A DNA stretch of 28,909 nucleotides from a virus (lineage: Duplodnaviria > Caudoviricetes), in IMG/VR virus record IMGVR_UViG_3300038318_000339, positions 1 through 28,909 of that record. One strand, written 5' to 3'. Made by a program: the position numbers and the translations under genes. The notes beneath the pieces were generated by a model. It did no database searches. It saw only the letters and a list, made by a program, of their open reading frames with translations, and was not told where the DNA came from. Within the stretch, counting starts at the first letter, position 1; each line of letters starts with the position of its first letter. Shown in pieces: positions 27,887-28,909 of this stretch.

Positions 27887-27918
27887 AAGACACCTGCCGC
27901 TTATGATAGTATTATAAT
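27869..27918 (+). promoter_or_regulatory. Putative activator-dependent late promoter
   Basis: GACAC at 27869, 27879 and 27889 (10-bp period), then TATAAT at 27913-27918 with no canonical -35. Confidence 0.65.
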
Positions 27919-27938
27919 CAGGAAAACAGAATCAAGAG

Positions 27939-27975
27939 AGCCTTGTGGGAGCAATCCCGCAGGGCTATTCTTTTA
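27939..27975 (+). terminator. GNRA-capped hairpin with T-rich tail in the HNH leader
   Basis: AGCCTTGTGGGA-GCAA-TCCCGCAGGGCT followed by ATTCTTTT. Confidence 0.55.
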
Positions 27976-27995
27976 CCCGCAAGGAAGTGAATCAC

Positions 27996-28355
27996 ATGCC
28001 TTACAAACCGAAACGCCCCTGCTCCTACCCCGGCTGCCCCAACCTCACGGACGGACAGTACTGCGAGGAGCATCAGCGGCTTGCCGCACAGCAGTACAAC
28101 AAATACACACGCAGTCCCGACACAAACAAAAAGTACGGCAGAGCATGGAAGCGGATCCGTGACCGCTACGCCGCAGCGCACCCGCTGTGCGAGCTGTGTC
28201 TGAAGGAAGGACGGCTGACGCCTGTGGAAGAGGTGCATCACATCATCCCCGTTTCCCAAGGCGGTGACCACAGGGAAAGCAATCTCATGAGCCTTTGCCA
28301 GTCATGCCACACAAAAATCCATCTTGAAATGGGCGACAGGCAAATCCGCGGCTGA
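27996..28355 (+). CDS. Terminase-associated HNH endonuclease
   Basis: MPYKPKRPCSYPGC, PLCELC, VHHIIP...GG...NLMSLCQSCH. Directly upstream of terS. Confidence 0.9.
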   Translation: MPYKPKRPCSYPGCPNLTDGQYCEEHQRLAAQQYNKYTRSPDTNKKYGRAWKRIRDRYAAAHPLCELCLKEGRLTPVEEVHHIIPVSQGGDHRESNLMSLCQSCHTKIHLEMGDRQIRG

Positions 28356-28474
28356 CCGGCGGGGGTATCAAAATTTCTAAACCTGCTTCAAGCGGACAGC
28401 GGCGCAGGGCTTCCTGTTGAAAAACGCGGTTTCAAACGGGGTAATAGGCATAGCCGTAAAGCGAGGTGATTTTT

Positions 28475-28909
28475 TTGGCGAAGGACGGAACCAACAGAGG
28501 CGGTGCTCGTGTCGGCGCGGGCGCAAAAAAGAAGCCGTTAGCCGACAAAATCGCTGCCGGAAATCCCGGCGGCAGAACACTGACGGTCATGGAGTTTTCC
28601 GGCGCTGCCGACCTTCAGGGGCAGGCGATGCCGGAGCCGAACAAAATGCTCGAAGCAGTCCAAAAGGACGGCAAGACGCTGGTAGCCGGTGAGATTTATA
28701 AAAATACATGGACATGGCTGAACGAACGCGGCTGCGCGGCGCTGGTTTCTCCGCAGCTTTTGGAGCGCTACGCCATGAGCGTTGCCCGCTGGATTCAGTG
28801 TGAGGAAGCGGTCACCACCTACGGCTTTCTGGCAAAGCATCCGACGACGGGCAACGCGATTCAAAGCCCGTATGTAGCAATGGGTCAGAACTACATGAAT
28901 CAGACCAAC
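28475..28909 (+). CDS. terS: P27-family phage terminase small subunit (3' truncated by window)
   Basis: GAGGTGA RBS and TTG start. Reads MAKDGTNRGGARVGAG...ERYAMSVARWIQCE...KHPTTGNAIQSPYV and stays open to the window end. Confidence 0.85.
   Translation, partial: MAKDGTNRGGARVGAGAKKKPLADKIAAGNPGGRTLTVMEFSGAADLQGQAMPEPNKMLEAVQKDGKTLVAGEIYKNTWTWLNERGCAALVSPQLLERYAMSVARWIQCEEAVTTYGFLAKHPTTGNAIQSPYVAMGQNYMNQTN

Larger units (their letters stand above)
7052..28909 (+). mobile_element. Prophage-like element (regulator, replication and start of packaging module)
   Basis: Co-oriented phage replication and packaging genes. No integrase or att site is visible, so boundaries are uncertain and the element may extend left over the cargo. 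Confidence 0.8.

Overview
The window looks like the left/early part of a Firmicutes (probably Clostridia-type) prophage-like element loaded with defence cargo. The right side (18.3-28.9 kb, + strand, higher GC) is a phage replication-to-packaging module: DUF2800 nuclease, DUF2815 SSB, family A DNA polymerase, DUF4406-like protein, P4/D5-type primase-helicase, VRR-NUC, a SNF2 helicase interrupted in Walker A, an ArpU/DUF1492-like activator, HNH and a truncated terminase small subunit. The left side (0.2-18 kb, mostly - strand) holds three kinds of cargo. (i) An HTH / type III Mod / Res / GHKL-SF1-helicase operon. (ii) A four-gene operon, divergent from a sigma-70 region-4 regulator, in which three uncharacterised proteins share a RHIM-like N/G/Q-rich motif (C-terminal in the first, N-terminal in the next two, which are paralogues) and are followed by a RloC-like ABC ATPase. 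This is the best candidate for an undescribed, possibly amyloid-signalling, defence system. (iii) A run of collapsed gene remnants, including an in-frame GajA/GajB-like fusion, followed by a two-gene helical protein plus Zn-ribbon/TM pair. Family calls come from motif reading only; no database search was run.
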